From the NCBI RefSeq assembly GCF_000011805.1, contig NC_006840.2: a DNA stretch of 32,000 nt; one strand, given 5' to 3'. The notes beneath the pieces are model-generated. The model was not told the origin of the DNA. It saw nothing but the letters and a program-made list of their open reading frames with translations, and did no database searches. The translations under genes were made by a program, and so were the position numbers. The first letter of the stretch is position 1. Every line of letters begins with the position of its first letter. The DNA is from Aliivibrio fischeri ES114 (GTDB lineage Bacteria > Pseudomonadota > Gammaproteobacteria > Enterobacterales > Vibrionaceae). Of this stretch, positions 1 to 10,626 are shown piece after piece.

Positions 1-100
1 CTAAAACAAAAAATAATGGCTTCTATCATACCAAGTTCAAAGTAAAAATCAGATCTATACGAAAAAGTCACTTGAAAGACTACGATTAGCCACTCGATAG

Positions 101-1159
<1,059 letters not shown>

Positions 1160-1320
1160 GAGCAGGGACGAGAAAAAGTAGGGTTCAGGTCGCTTTGCTT
1201 AAAGGTTTCAGGGGAAATGTGGTGAGCTTTGGTGTTAACTAGAGACTATGCGCTGCGCTGACTAGAAACTATAAGAGCGAGAGTCTTGAATGTTGTAAGT
1301 TCTTTAATCCCAAAAAACAA

Positions 1321-1362
1321 AAAAGCATGATGATTAACTAAAATCATCATGCTTTTATTTTT
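1321..1362. terminator. bidirectional rho-independent terminator between convergent hemB and gppA
   Basis: 11-bp perfect stem GCATGATGATT (1325-1335) / AATCATCATGC (1342-1352) with a 6-nt loop. It is flanked by an A-run on the left and TTTTATTTTT on the right. Confidence 0.85.
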
Positions 1363-1397
1363 CCTGAATCCTGAATCCTGAATCCTGAACCCTGAAA
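1363..1397. repeat. heptanucleotide tandem repeat (CCTGAAT x3, CCTGAAC, CCTGAAA)
   Basis: Five contiguous 7-mers read directly from the sequence, immediately after the terminator T-run. Confidence 0.9.
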
Positions 1398-1445
1398 TTA
1401 GTACCGGTAAGGCTCTTGCTTTTGCTCTTATAGAAGCGAAGCGTT

Positions 1446-1464
1446 CTAGTCCCTAGTCCCTAGC
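1446..1464. repeat. heptanucleotide tandem repeat (CTAGTCC CTAGTCC CTAGC)
   Basis: About 2.7 contiguous copies, overlapping the gppA stop codon (1453-1455, minus strand). Confidence 0.8.
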
Positions 1465-2946
1465 ATCTATAACCAACTCCCAACCAATATTCGTCTGTTT
1501 ATCCGCCTCGATCTCTAACTCAGATCTCGTTAGAGGATTTGCCGCCAACCAAGCTCCATCAATCGACAATGACAAAACATCATTTTTTTCTGATAGCGTT
1601 ACAGTAGGTGCTAAATTCACATCACGACGATGAGTGAGAATAATCGCTAAACGTAAAATACGTAGCATGCGTTGAGCCGAGATATCAGAAACGGCATGTT
1701 GAGTTGGCATGGCTGAGAAATATTCGCGGTAACGGCGTAATAACTCACCAAGTAAGTGTTTTTGAGCACGAGTGAAACCTGGTAAATCCAGTGCGTTAAT
1801 TAAATAGGCTGAGTGCTCTCCACCTTTTTTATAATCAATACACATACCAATTTCATGAAGCTGAGTTGCCGCAGTAAGCAATGGCAATGCTTGTGGCTCA
1901 ATAAGCCAGTCGTTACCACATTGCTGCACAAGTTGAATTGAGAGGTCAGTGACCTGTTGAGCGTAGTCAACGTCTAATTGATAACGTTGTTGGGTGCTCT
2001 TTATTGTGCGTTGACACACTTCATCGTGTTGCAGTTCATCGATCATTCCGTAGCATAGGCCTTCACGTAACGCGCCGCCAGCTAGAGTCATAGAATCGAT
2101 GTTCAATAATTCAAAAATAGCAATAAGGATGGATAAACCGCTTGGGAACACTAATGCTCGCTCAAGTGTTAACCCATCAATATCTAACTCTTCTAAGTGT
2201 TCATATTGCATTGCTTGCTTTTGAAGGCGCTTTAGCTTGGCTAAGGTGATGACCTCATCCATGCCTTGCGCCAACATAATTTCTTGCAATGCTTGTACCG
2301 TACCACTGGCTCCAACACAGGTCTGCCAACCTAGGTCAGTATATTGCTGTAAAATTGGAGCTAACGTCTCTTTAGCGCCGGCAATTGCTGCATTAAAGTT
2401 CTTTTGGGTTAGGGCACGATCTTTAAAGTAGCCTTCTAGCCAAGTTACACAACCCATTTTTAAGCTTGTGAGTGCTTGTGCTTCAAAGCCTTCACCAATA
2501 ATTAGCTCTGTACTTGCTCCGCCGATATCAACGACTAAACGACGGCCATTACCACCTGAAGTGTGCGCAACTCCTTGGTAAATCATACGAGCTTCTTCTT
2601 CGCCTTCGATCACGTTAATGTTGTGACCTAAGATTTGATTGGCTTTTTCTAAGAAGATATCCACATTGCTAGCGACACGCAGCGTTGCTGTACCGACAAT
2701 GCGAATATTTTCTACAGGGATGTCTTGCAGACGTTCTGCAAATAAGCTCAAACAATCCCACCCACGTTGCATAGCTTCATGGCTGAGTGTGTTATTTTCA
2801 TTTAATCCCGCAGCTAAACGAACTTTACGTTTAATTTTAGCCATGGTTTGCACACTACCATTTATATGACGCACAACAAGCATATGGAAGCTATTGGAGC
2901 CTAAATCGATGGCGGCATACATTGGTGACATTGTTGAACTTTTCAT
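1453..2946 (-). CDS. gppA: guanosine pentaphosphate phosphohydrolase / exopolyphosphatase family protein
   Basis: 497-aa ORF with the Ppx/GppA N-terminus '[15 protein letters not shown]' and '[10 protein letters not shown]'. It is collinear with E. coli GppA by eye and sits next to rhlB, as in E. coli. Confidence 0.9.
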   Translation of the reverse strand: MKSSTMSPMYAAIDLGSNSFHMLVVRHINGSVQTMAKIKRKVRLAAGLNENNTLSHEAMQRGWDCLSLFAERLQDIPVENIRIVGTATLRVASNVDIFLEKANQILGHNINVIEGEEEARMIYQGVAHTSGGNGRRLVVDIGGASTELIIGEGFEAQALTSLKMGCVTWLEGYFKDRALTQKNFNAAIAGAKETLAPILQQYTDLGWQTCVGASGTVQALQEIMLAQGMDEVITLAKLKRLQKQAMQYEHLEELDIDGLTLERALVFPSGLSILIAIFELLNIDSMTLAGGALREGLCYGMIDELQHDEVCQRTIKSTQQRYQLDVDYAQQVTDLSIQLVQQCGNDWLIEPQALPLLTAATQLHEIGMCIDYKKGGEHSAYLINALDLPGFTRAQKHLLGELLRRYREYFSAMPTQHAVSDISAQRMLRILRLAIILTHRRDVNLAPTVTLSEKNDVLSLSIDGAWLAANPLTRSELEIEADKQTNIGWELVIDARD

Positions 2947-2979
2947 AACATCCTTTTACTTTTTTACTGAGCGCTCAAT

Positions 2980-4278
2980 TTACGACTGAGTATTACGTGG
3001 TTGACGTGGGCGAGTATGCTTACGGTTGCCGCCTTGACGTTGACCATTGTTATTACGACGATTTTGCTGTGGACGACGTTGAAGTCGTAGTGGAGCTGGC
3101 AAATCTTCTAGTAATGCCGAAGCGTCGTAATCAGATTGTGGAATAGAATGCTCAATATATTCTTCGATAGCAGGAAGGTTAATTGCGTATTCTTCACATG
3201 CGAAGCTAATAGAGTTACCGCTTGCACCTGCACGACCTGTACGGCCAATACGGTGAACGTAATCTTCTGCTTCGTTTGGTAAATCAAAGTTAAACACATG
3301 CGTTACTTGTGGAATATGTAGACCACGAGCAGCCACATCGGTAGCAACTAAGATATCAACATTACCTTGTGTGAACTCTTCTAAAATGCGCTCACGTTTT
3401 TTCTGAGGAACGTCACCAGTTAGAAGACCAACACGGTGTTTATCAGCAGCTAGGTGACCCCAAACTGATTCACATTTGTGTTTTGTGTTTGCAAAGATAA
3501 TCGCACGATCTGGCCATTCTTCTTCAATAAGTGTTTGAAGTAATGCCATTTTATGATCATTTGAAGGATAGAAAAGCTCTTCCTTAATGCGATGACCTGT
3601 TTTTTGTTCTGGCTCAACAACAACGTGCTCTGGCTCTTGCATGTGTTCAAACGCAAGCTCTTGCACACGGTAAGATAACGTAGCAGAGAACAGCATGTTT
3701 AAACGCTCTGTTGGCGCAGGCATACGACGGAAGATAAAGCGAATATCTTTAATAAAACCTAAATCGAACATACGATCGGCTTCATCAAGAACAACAGCTT
3801 GAATCATCTTAAAGTCGATGTGACCTTGCTTGTAAAAGTCGATAATACGACCGGTTGTACCGATCAAAATATCAACACCTTGCTCAATCACTTGTTGTTG
3901 TTTTTCATAACGCTCACCACCGTAAGCCAGTGCCGCTTTTAGGCCTGTACTTGCGATAAGTGATTCAGCATCATTGAAGATTTGAATCGCTAATTCACGT
4001 GTCGGAGCCATGATAATGGCACGCGGTTGTGTGATTTTACGACCTTCAGGTGCTGGTGTCGTTAATAGGTGATTAAAAGTAGCAGTAAGGAACGCTAGCG
4101 TCTTACCTGTACCCGTTTGGGCCTGGCCTGCAATGTCTTGGCCGGCGAGCAGTACCGGCAATGCCTTAGCTTGAATTGGGGTACATTTGATGAACCCTTT
4201 TGCATTCAAACCATCGATAACCTGAGGCTGTAAACCTAGGTCGGCAAAGTTTTGCTCTGTGATGTGCGTCTTTTTCAT
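2980..4278 (-). CDS. rhlB: ATP-dependent RNA helicase RhlB (DEAD-box)
   Basis: 432-aa ORF with the motifs 'AQTGTGKT', 'DEAD', 'SAT' and '[10 protein letters not shown]', plus an Arg/Gln-rich C-terminal tail. Confidence 0.93.
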   Translation of the reverse strand: MKKTHITEQNFADLGLQPQVIDGLNAKGFIKCTPIQAKALPVLLAGQDIAGQAQTGTGKTLAFLTATFNHLLTTPAPEGRKITQPRAIIMAPTRELAIQIFNDAESLIASTGLKAALAYGGERYEKQQQVIEQGVDILIGTTGRIIDFYKQGHIDFKMIQAVVLDEADRMFDLGFIKDIRFIFRRMPAPTERLNMLFSATLSYRVQELAFEHMQEPEHVVVEPEQKTGHRIKEELFYPSNDHKMALLQTLIEEEWPDRAIIFANTKHKCESVWGHLAADKHRVGLLTGDVPQKKRERILEEFTQGNVDILVATDVAARGLHIPQVTHVFNFDLPNEAEDYVHRIGRTGRAGASGNSISFACEEYAINLPAIEEYIEHSIPQSDYDASALLEDLPAPLRLQRRPQQNRRNNNGQRQGGNRKHTRPRQPRNTQS

Positions 4279-4390
4279 TGCTATAGAATATCAGTTAAAG
4301 CTTGCAATACGAAACGGATTCCATTCAAATAGAGAATCAATTTGCTGGTTATCATCAAATCAGCCTTTAAATTTAACGTTGGAGTTGACG

Positions 4391-4717
4391 ATGAGCGACA
4401 AAATTTTGCAGCTTACAGATGGCGGTTTTGAAGAAAGTGTAATCAACGCTGCAGGCCCTGTACTAGTAGATTTCTGGGCAGAATGGTGTGGTCCTTGTAA
4501 AATGATTGCCCCGATTCTGGATGAGATTGCTGATGAGTACGAAGGCAAACTAACGATTGGTAAATTAAATATCGATCAAAATGCTGGTACACCACCAAAA
4601 TTTGGTATTCGTGGCATTCCAACGCTACTTCTTTTCAAAGATGGCGGCGTAGCTGCAACGAAAGTGGGTGCACTTTCAAAGACTCAACTTAAAGAGTTTC
4701 TTGATGCAAACCTATAA
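4391..4717 (+). CDS. trxA: thioredoxin 1
   Basis: 108 aa counted from the ATG at 4391 (MSDKILQL...), preceded by GGAG (4381-4384). It carries the 'WCGPCK' active site. The ORF-track start at 4259 is an upstream over-extension. Confidence 0.95.
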   Translation: MSDKILQLTDGGFEESVINAAGPVLVDFWAEWCGPCKMIAPILDEIADEYEGKLTIGKLNIDQNAGTPPKFGIRGIPTLLLFKDGGVAATKVGALSKTQLKEFLDANL

Positions 4718-4743
4718 TTTAGGATGGTATTAAGTCAGATAGA

Positions 4744-4780
4744 ACCGCATATAATGAAAAATTATGTGCGGTTTTGTTTT
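4744..4780 (+). terminator. rho-independent terminator after trxA
   Basis: Stem ACCGCATATAAT / ATTATGTGCGGT (one mismatch) followed by TTTTGTTTT. Confidence 0.75.
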
Positions 4781-4956
4781 ATCTGAGCTAAGCTAAGCCC
4801 ATAAATAGGGTTAACCCCCTAGACTAAAAACCGAATAAGTGATAATTTATCGCGCGTAATTTATACGATTTCATTTCTTGACCGAGCTCGAAGGTCATCC
4901 ATTCTTAAATCAACTAAAGATAGAATCTGATTTTGACTAAACAACTACCTACCACT

Positions 4957-6216
4957 ATGAATCTTACTGAACTTAAAAACCGATCTGTATCGGACCTTGT
5001 TGCTCTTGGCGAAACACTAGGCCTAGAAAACTTAGCTCGTCTAAGAAAACAAGACATTATTTTTTCTATTCTTAAGCAGCACGCAAAGAGTGGCGAAGAT
5101 ATATTCGGTGACGGTGTTCTAGAGATTCTGCAAGATGGCTTTGGTTTCCTTCGCTCGGCAGACAGTTCTTACTTGGCGGGTCCTGATGATATTTATGTAT
5201 CGCCAAGCCAAATTCGTCGTTTTAACCTGCGTACTGGTGATACCATTGCCGGAAAGATTCGCCCACCAAAAGATGGCGAACGCTACTTTGCTCTTCTTAA
5301 AGTAAACGCTGTAAACCACGACCGTCCTGATAACGCACGTAATAAAATCCTTTTTGAAAACCTTACTCCTCTACATGCTAACGATCGTTTACGCATGGAA
5401 CGTGGTAATGGTTCAACAGAAGATATTACAGCACGTGTTCTTGATTTAGCATCACCAATTGGCCGTGGCCAACGTGGTCTGATTGTTGCTCCGCCAAAAG
5501 CGGGTAAAACAATGTTGCTTCAAAACATTGCTCAAAGTATTGCGCATAACCACCCTGAGTGTGAGTTGATGGTTTTACTTATCGACGAACGTCCAGAAGA
5601 AGTAACAGAGATGCAACGCCTAGTTAAAGGCGAAGTTGTTGCATCAACGTTTGATGAGCCAGCGTCTCGTCACGTTCAAGTTGCTGAAATGGTTATCGAG
5701 AAAGCAAAACGTCTTGTTGAACATAAGAAAGACGTGGTTATCTTACTTGACTCAATCACTCGTCTAGCTCGTGCATATAACACAGTGATCCCATCATCTG
5801 GTAAAGTTCTTACTGGTGGTGTAGATGCAAACGCACTTCACCGTCCTAAGCGCTTCTTTGGTGCTGCACGTAACGTTGAAGAAGGTGGTAGCTTAACTAT
5901 CATCGCAACAGCACTTGTTGATACTGGCTCTAAAATGGATGAAGTTATCTACGAAGAGTTTAAAGGTACAGGTAACATGGAATTACACTTAAACCGTAAG
6001 ATTGCGGAAAAACGTGTATTCCCAGCTATCGACTTTAACCGTTCAGGTACTCGTCGTGAAGAGTTGTTAACTAAAGCTGATGAGCTACAGAAAATGTGGA
6101 TTCTACGTAAGATTGTTCACCCAATGGGCGAAATTGATGCGATGGAATTCCTAATTGATAAACTATCAATGACGAAAACAAATGATGAGTTCTTTGATGC
6201 GATGCGTCGTCAGTAA
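4957..6216 (+). CDS. rho: transcription termination factor Rho
   Basis: 419 aa counted from the ATG at 4957 (MNLTELKN...), nearly collinear and identical by eye with E. coli Rho. It has the Walker A motif 'PPKAGKT'. The ORF-track TTG at 4933 is probably an over-extension. Confidence 0.97.
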   Translation: MNLTELKNRSVSDLVALGETLGLENLARLRKQDIIFSILKQHAKSGEDIFGDGVLEILQDGFGFLRSADSSYLAGPDDIYVSPSQIRRFNLRTGDTIAGKIRPPKDGERYFALLKVNAVNHDRPDNARNKILFENLTPLHANDRLRMERGNGSTEDITARVLDLASPIGRGQRGLIVAPPKAGKTMLLQNIAQSIAHNHPECELMVLLIDERPEEVTEMQRLVKGEVVASTFDEPASRHVQVAEMVIEKAKRLVEHKKDVVILLDSITRLARAYNTVIPSSGKVLTGGVDANALHRPKRFFGAARNVEEGGSLTIIATALVDTGSKMDEVIYEEFKGTGNMELHLNRKIAEKRVFPAIDFNRSGTRREELLTKADELQKMWILRKIVHPMGEIDAMEFLIDKLSMTKTNDEFFDAMRRQ

Positions 6217-6258
6217 TTGATATAAAACTCATTTATTGATATAGAGCCCAAAATAATG

Positions 6259-6288
6259 AAACGCTACCAGTTTGGTGGCGTTTTTTGT
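6259..6288 (+). terminator. rho-independent terminator after rho
   Basis: Stem AACGCTACCA / TGGTGGCGTT (one G-T pair), loop GTT, then TTTTTT. Confidence 0.8.
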
Positions 6289-6373
6289 TGATTAAATGTT
6301 AATTTGATCGCACTATGATTTGTACTAAGCTTGGTGAAGTATACTTAACTTAGTTCATTTCAGGGAGTAACTT

Positions 6374-7369
6374 ATGCGACAAGGACTGTTAGCATCTCTC
6401 TTCCTTTTTATTAGTTTGCTGTTTGGGCAAGTATTAGCCTCTGAGATTCAACCAAACTTTAAAAATAGTTTGTTGAATGATCAGCAACTTAAGAAGAAGG
6501 TGGAAAAGCTACATCAATATCTTATTGATGATGACACCACAACGTTAAACTTTTCTCTTAATCGTCTTTCTATGCCACAGCAAGAAGCGGTACGCTTTAT
6601 GTTGCTTCAAAATATTGAAAAAGACAGATTAATCTTATCTCCAACAGCCAGTATTTGGTTAAAAGAACAGTTAACGCTGCATCCAACGTATACCATTAAA
6701 GAACAAGGTGATGGTTATGTGGTCACTAAGTTAGCATTTGATTATTCTAGTATTGCTGCTCGTGTATTAAATCAGATGAAGAAAGAACAACAAGTATTGG
6801 ACTTCATTCTTGCCGCTGAAGAAAAGCGTCTTATATTATCTGAATGGTTAACGGGTGAACCTCATCAAGTACGTGTACGCCAATCTATTGTATTAGCTGA
6901 ATTAGATAGCCTTACGCCAGAAGCGTTAGAGTATCTTGTTAATCAGGTTACGGACGACACATTATCGGTGTGGTTGCCAACGACTGAAGTGATGGTTCGT
7001 TTAGCTCAAGTATCGAAAAGCCCTAAAATATATAAGATGTTATGGCGTATGCGAACAGATCAATACAGTATCAATGAGCTTAATCGTTTAGCGGGATTAG
7101 CACCTGATCCATTTGCGACAGAGCAATTAATGGCTGCAACTAAAAATCCATCACTGAAGCAGAGTGCTTTTGCTTCACTTGCTCAACTTCATCCGCTGCC
7201 GCAAGAGGTTCAGCATTTTTTGTTAGCGAAACTTGATCATATTCAGGATGGTGGTGCCGTCGCAATGCACTTAGCGAATTATGGACATGCTTCTTGGTTA
7301 GAAAGTTTGGTAGGCAATAGCAGTAATGTTCGTAGGCAGCACGTAAAGTTTGCTTTATCTCAGAATTAG
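6374..7369 (+). CDS. secreted/periplasmic protein of unknown function
   Basis: 331-aa ORF with AGGGAG 6 nt upstream of the ATG. It has an N-terminal signal-peptide-like segment 'LLASLFLFISLLFGQVLA|SE'. The remainder looks helical and repeat-like. I recognise no family. Confidence 0.7.
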   Translation: MRQGLLASLFLFISLLFGQVLASEIQPNFKNSLLNDQQLKKKVEKLHQYLIDDDTTTLNFSLNRLSMPQQEAVRFMLLQNIEKDRLILSPTASIWLKEQLTLHPTYTIKEQGDGYVVTKLAFDYSSIAARVLNQMKKEQQVLDFILAAEEKRLILSEWLTGEPHQVRVRQSIVLAELDSLTPEALEYLVNQVTDDTLSVWLPTTEVMVRLAQVSKSPKIYKMLWRMRTDQYSINELNRLAGLAPDPFATEQLMAATKNPSLKQSAFASLAQLHPLPQEVQHFLLAKLDHIQDGGAVAMHLANYGHASWLESLVGNSSNVRRQHVKFALSQN

Positions 7370-7412
7370 TAGGGGTTAGTCCTCTGAATATAGGTTATGA
7401 CTTTTAAGTAGG

Positions 7413-7441
7413 TTGGGCATATTCATTTGTTTGGGTATAAT
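7413..7441 (+). promoter_or_regulatory. sigma70-type promoter candidate for ubiD
   Basis: TTGGGC (7413-7418), a 17-bp spacer, then TATAAT (7436-7441), about 30 nt upstream of the ubiD ATG. Confidence 0.5.
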
Positions 7442-7470
7442 CTATTCAAACTCATTAGATGTAGATAGCG

Positions 7471-9315
7471 ATGCAATATAAGGATTTACGTGATTTTATC
7501 GGCCATTTGGAAGATATTGGTCAGCTAAAACGCATTTCACACCCCATTGACCCTCATTATGAAATGACAGAGATCAGCGATCGTACTTTACGTGCGGGTG
7601 GTCCTGCTTTGCTATTTGAAAATCCAATTGGCTATGATATTCCGGTTTTAACTAACTTATTTGGTACGCCAGAGCGTGTCGCTATCGGCATGGGCCGCAA
7701 AGACGTTTTGGAACTGCGTGAAGTTGGTAAATTACTTGCGTACTTAAAAGAGCCTGAGCCACCAAAAGGCTTTAAAGATGCATTAGATAAATTGCCAGTC
7801 TTTAAGCAAGTTTTGAACATGCCAACGAAGAACATTCGTAAAGCGGCATGCCAACAGATTGTTTGGCAAGGCGATGATGTTGATCTTGATAAAGTTCCAG
7901 TGATGAGCTGTTGGGCTGATGATGTTGCTCCGTTATTAACGTGGGGTCTAACCATTACCAAAGGCCCGCATAAAAAACGTCAAAACTTAGGTATTTATCG
8001 TCAGCAGAAGCTAAGTAAAAACAAAGTGATCATGCGTTGGCTTGCTCACCGTGGTGGTGCATTAGATTTACGTGACTGGATGGAAACTCATCCAGGAGAA
8101 CCTTTCCCTGTCTCTGTGGCGTTTGGTGCTGATCCTGCAACGATTTTAGGTGCGGTAACGCCAGTACCTGATACCTTATCGGAATATGCGTTTGCAGGCC
8201 TTCTACGAGGCAGCAGAACCGAAATAACCAAATCCATTAGTAATGACTTGGAAGTACCAGCAAGTGCTGAGATTGTCCTAGAGGGCTATATCGACCCAAC
8301 AGAATTTGCTGATGAAGGTCCTTATGGGGATCATACCGGTTATTACAATGAAGTTGAAAAGCATCATGTGTTTACGGTAACGCACATTACCATGCGTAAA
8401 GAGCCGATTTATCACAGTACGTATACGGGCCGTCCACCTGATGAACCCGCGGTTTTGGGGGTGGCATTAAACGAAGTATTTGTGCCGATCTTACAAAAGC
8501 AGTTTCCTGAAATCATTGATTTTTATCTTCCTCCTGAAGGGTGTTCATACCGCATGGCGGTAGTGACAATGAAGAAACAATACCCAGGACATGCTAAGCG
8601 TGTGATGATGGGAGTATGGTCGTTCTTACGTCAGTTTATGTATACCAAGTTTGTATTGGTCTGCGATGAAGAGGTGAATGCTCGAGATTGGTCACAAGTA
8701 ACGGCGGCAATGTCTCAGCATATGGATCCGGCTCGTGACAGTTTGATGATAGAAAATACGCCGATAGATTCATTAGATTTTGCTTCACCTGTGGTGGGAT
8801 TAGGCTCAAAAATGGGCTTAGATATCACGAAAAAATGGGAGGTAGAATTAGCATTATCACCAAACGTGGAATGTTCATTAACAAGCAGTGAGCAGATTGA
8901 AGGGTGTATCGCTGAAATAACCAAAATGTGTCCTGAGATTATTGAAATTCATTTGCAGAATGACAATGCCAATATGGTGGTTGTATCCATCAATAAACAG
9001 GCAGCAGGTAATGCTAAGAAAATCATGGATGCCATTTGGGCTCAATTTGAAGAGAATAAATTTGTTATTGTGTGTGACGATGATGTCAATGTGAGTGATT
9101 GGAATGACATCATTTGGGCAGTAACAACGCGAATGGATCCGGCGAGAGATACTTTATTCTTACAAAGCGTAGGTGAAACCTCAAAAATGGGGTTAGATGC
9201 CACCAATAAATGGGAAGGTGAATGTCTTCGTGAGTGGGGAACACCCATCAAGAAAGATCCAGAAGTGGTCGCTAAAATTGACTCTATTTGGGATGAATTA
9301 GGTATTTTCAAATAA
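7471..9315 (+). CDS. ubiD: 4-hydroxy-3-polyprenylbenzoate decarboxylase (UbiD family), with an internally duplicated C-terminal region
   Basis: 614-aa ORF, collinear by eye with E. coli UbiD (about 497 aa from memory) except for an extra segment of about 117 aa that repeats the preceding domain (see findings). Confidence 0.93.
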   Translation: MQYKDLRDFIGHLEDIGQLKRISHPIDPHYEMTEISDRTLRAGGPALLFENPIGYDIPVLTNLFGTPERVAIGMGRKDVLELREVGKLLAYLKEPEPPKGFKDALDKLPVFKQVLNMPTKNIRKAACQQIVWQGDDVDLDKVPVMSCWADDVAPLLTWGLTITKGPHKKRQNLGIYRQQKLSKNKVIMRWLAHRGGALDLRDWMETHPGEPFPVSVAFGADPATILGAVTPVPDTLSEYAFAGLLRGSRTEITKSISNDLEVPASAEIVLEGYIDPTEFADEGPYGDHTGYYNEVEKHHVFTVTHITMRKEPIYHSTYTGRPPDEPAVLGVALNEVFVPILQKQFPEIIDFYLPPEGCSYRMAVVTMKKQYPGHAKRVMMGVWSFLRQFMYTKFVLVCDEEVNARDWSQVTAAMSQHMDPARDSLMIENTPIDSLDFASPVVGLGSKMGLDITKKWEVELALSPNVECSLTSSEQIEGCIAEITKMCPEIIEIHLQNDNANMVVVSINKQAAGNAKKIMDAIWAQFEENKFVIVCDDDVNVSDWNDIIWAVTTRMDPARDTLFLQSVGETSKMGLDATNKWEGECLREWGTPIKKDPEVVAKIDSIWDELGIFK

Positions 9316-9478
9316 GAATTGGTTTTACTACCTATTTTAGTGAAGTGTAATGTCTTGTAGCAAAACAGCTGTTGCTATCGATAAGCTATCAACACCAATT
9401 AAATCCATTCTGCTTTTGCGGAAAGACATTTCATTTCACTGAATAAAGTGAAGTATTAAAATCAATAAATTAAGTGTA

Positions 9479-9742
9479 ATGAAAAAAATAACGCTACTAC
9501 CACAGCAAAAAGAATTTAGCATCGAAGAAGGACAAACTATTCTTGATGCGGCACTCGAGGCGGGAATTAATTATCCAAACCGATGCCAAGTCGGCGCATG
9601 CGCTATGTGCTTATGCAAAAAATTAGAGGGTGAAATCGAATACGATCTAGAGCCTCTTCTTACTGATAAAGAACAACAAGAAGGGTGGGTATTTGCGTGT
9701 CAGGCAACAGCAAAAAGTGATTTAGTGCTGTTGTTAGAATAA
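9479..9742 (+). CDS. plant-type [2Fe-2S] ferredoxin (YfaE-like size and motif)
   Basis: 87-aa ORF with the Cys pattern 'C-QVGA-C-AM-C ... FAC' (CX4CX2C...C) typical of 2Fe-2S ferredoxins. The Shine-Dalgarno sequence is weak. Confidence 0.75.
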   Translation: MKKITLLPQQKEFSIEEGQTILDAALEAGINYPNRCQVGACAMCLCKKLEGEIEYDLEPLLTDKEQQEGWVFACQATAKSDLVLLLE

Positions 9743-9838
9743 ATCCTCCCCGTATAATTAGAGTTTAATGCTCAATACACATAATAATGACAGCGTACAA
9801 ATGCCATATTAAAAGGCATCAGCTGAAAAAGGAAAGTC

Positions 9839-10549
9839 ATGCCAATCAATTGCAAAGTAAAGTCTATCGAGCCATTGGCTTGTAATACTTTTCGAATTTT
9901 ACTTCACCCAGAACAGCCTGTTGCCTTTAAAGCAGGCCAATACCTAACGGTTGTTATGGGTGAAAAAGACAAACGTCCATTCTCAATCGCAAGTAGTCCT
10001 TGTCGCCACGAAGGTGAAATTGAGTTACATATTGGCGCCGCAGAGCACAATGCTTATGCTGGAGAAGTGGTTGAATCAATGAAATCGGCACTAGAAACTG
10101 GTGGTGATATTTTAATTGATGCGCCTCATGGTGAAGCGTGGATCCGTGAAGACAGCGAGCGTTCAATGTTATTGATTGCTGGTGGTACAGGTTTTAGTTA
10201 TGTACGTTCAATTCTTGATCACTGCATTAGCCAAAAGATTCAAAAACCAATTTACCTATACTGGGGTGGTCGTGATGAATGCCAACTGTATGCAAAAGCA
10301 GAATTAGAGACCATTGCTCAAGCGCATAGCCATATTACGTTTGTGCCAGTGGTTGAGAAAAGTGAAGGCTGGACAGGTAAAACGGGTAATGTGTTAGAAG
10401 CGGTAAAAGCTGATTTTAACTCACTAGCAGATATGGATATTTATATCGCAGGTCGCTTTGAAATGGCTGGTGCAGCACGTGAGCAATTCACCACAGAAAA
10501 ACAAGCGAAGAAAGAACAACTGTTTGGTGATGCATTCGCATTTATTTAG
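9839..10549 (+). CDS. fre: NAD(P)H-flavin reductase
   Basis: 236-aa ORF with AAGGAAAG upstream. It has the FNR-family motifs 'RPFSIAS' and 'GGTGFS' and lies downstream of ubiD, as in E. coli. Confidence 0.92.
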   Translation: MPINCKVKSIEPLACNTFRILLHPEQPVAFKAGQYLTVVMGEKDKRPFSIASSPCRHEGEIELHIGAAEHNAYAGEVVESMKSALETGGDILIDAPHGEAWIREDSERSMLLIAGGTGFSYVRSILDHCISQKIQKPIYLYWGGRDECQLYAKAELETIAQAHSHITFVPVVEKSEGWTGKTGNVLEAVKADFNSLADMDIYIAGRFEMAGAAREQFTTEKQAKKEQLFGDAFAFI

Positions 10550-10573
10550 TCGAGCTTTCTAACAAATATCAAT

Positions 10574-10606
10574 AAAAATGCCACTCAATAATGAGTGGCA
10601 TTTTTT
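10574..10606. terminator. bidirectional terminator between convergent fre and hemY
   Basis: Stem ATGCCACTCA / TGAGTGGCAT with loop ATAA, flanked by AAAAA and TTTTTT. Confidence 0.85.
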
Positions 10607-10626
10607 ATGGATGTTATAAAAACGAA

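Noticed and set aside
4259-4390. Upstream extensions of trxA (4259), rho (4933, TTG) and cytochrome c4 (30988).
   Set aside because: Internal ATGs (4391, 4957 and 31021) reproduce the conserved N-termini or signal peptide, and trxA and c4 have better ribosome-binding contexts there. The extensions are simply stop-free upstream sequence.
9350-9442. 30-aa ORF upstream of the ferredoxin gene whose start context (AGTGAAGTGTAATG, 9339-9352) is duplicated in split form at the ferredoxin start (AGTGAAGT at 9447-9454 and AAGTGTAATG at 9472-9481).
   Set aside because: The repeat is real, but the ORF has no Shine-Dalgarno sequence and no recognisable features. It is more likely a duplicated promoter or leader fragment than a gene, and is kept only as a note.
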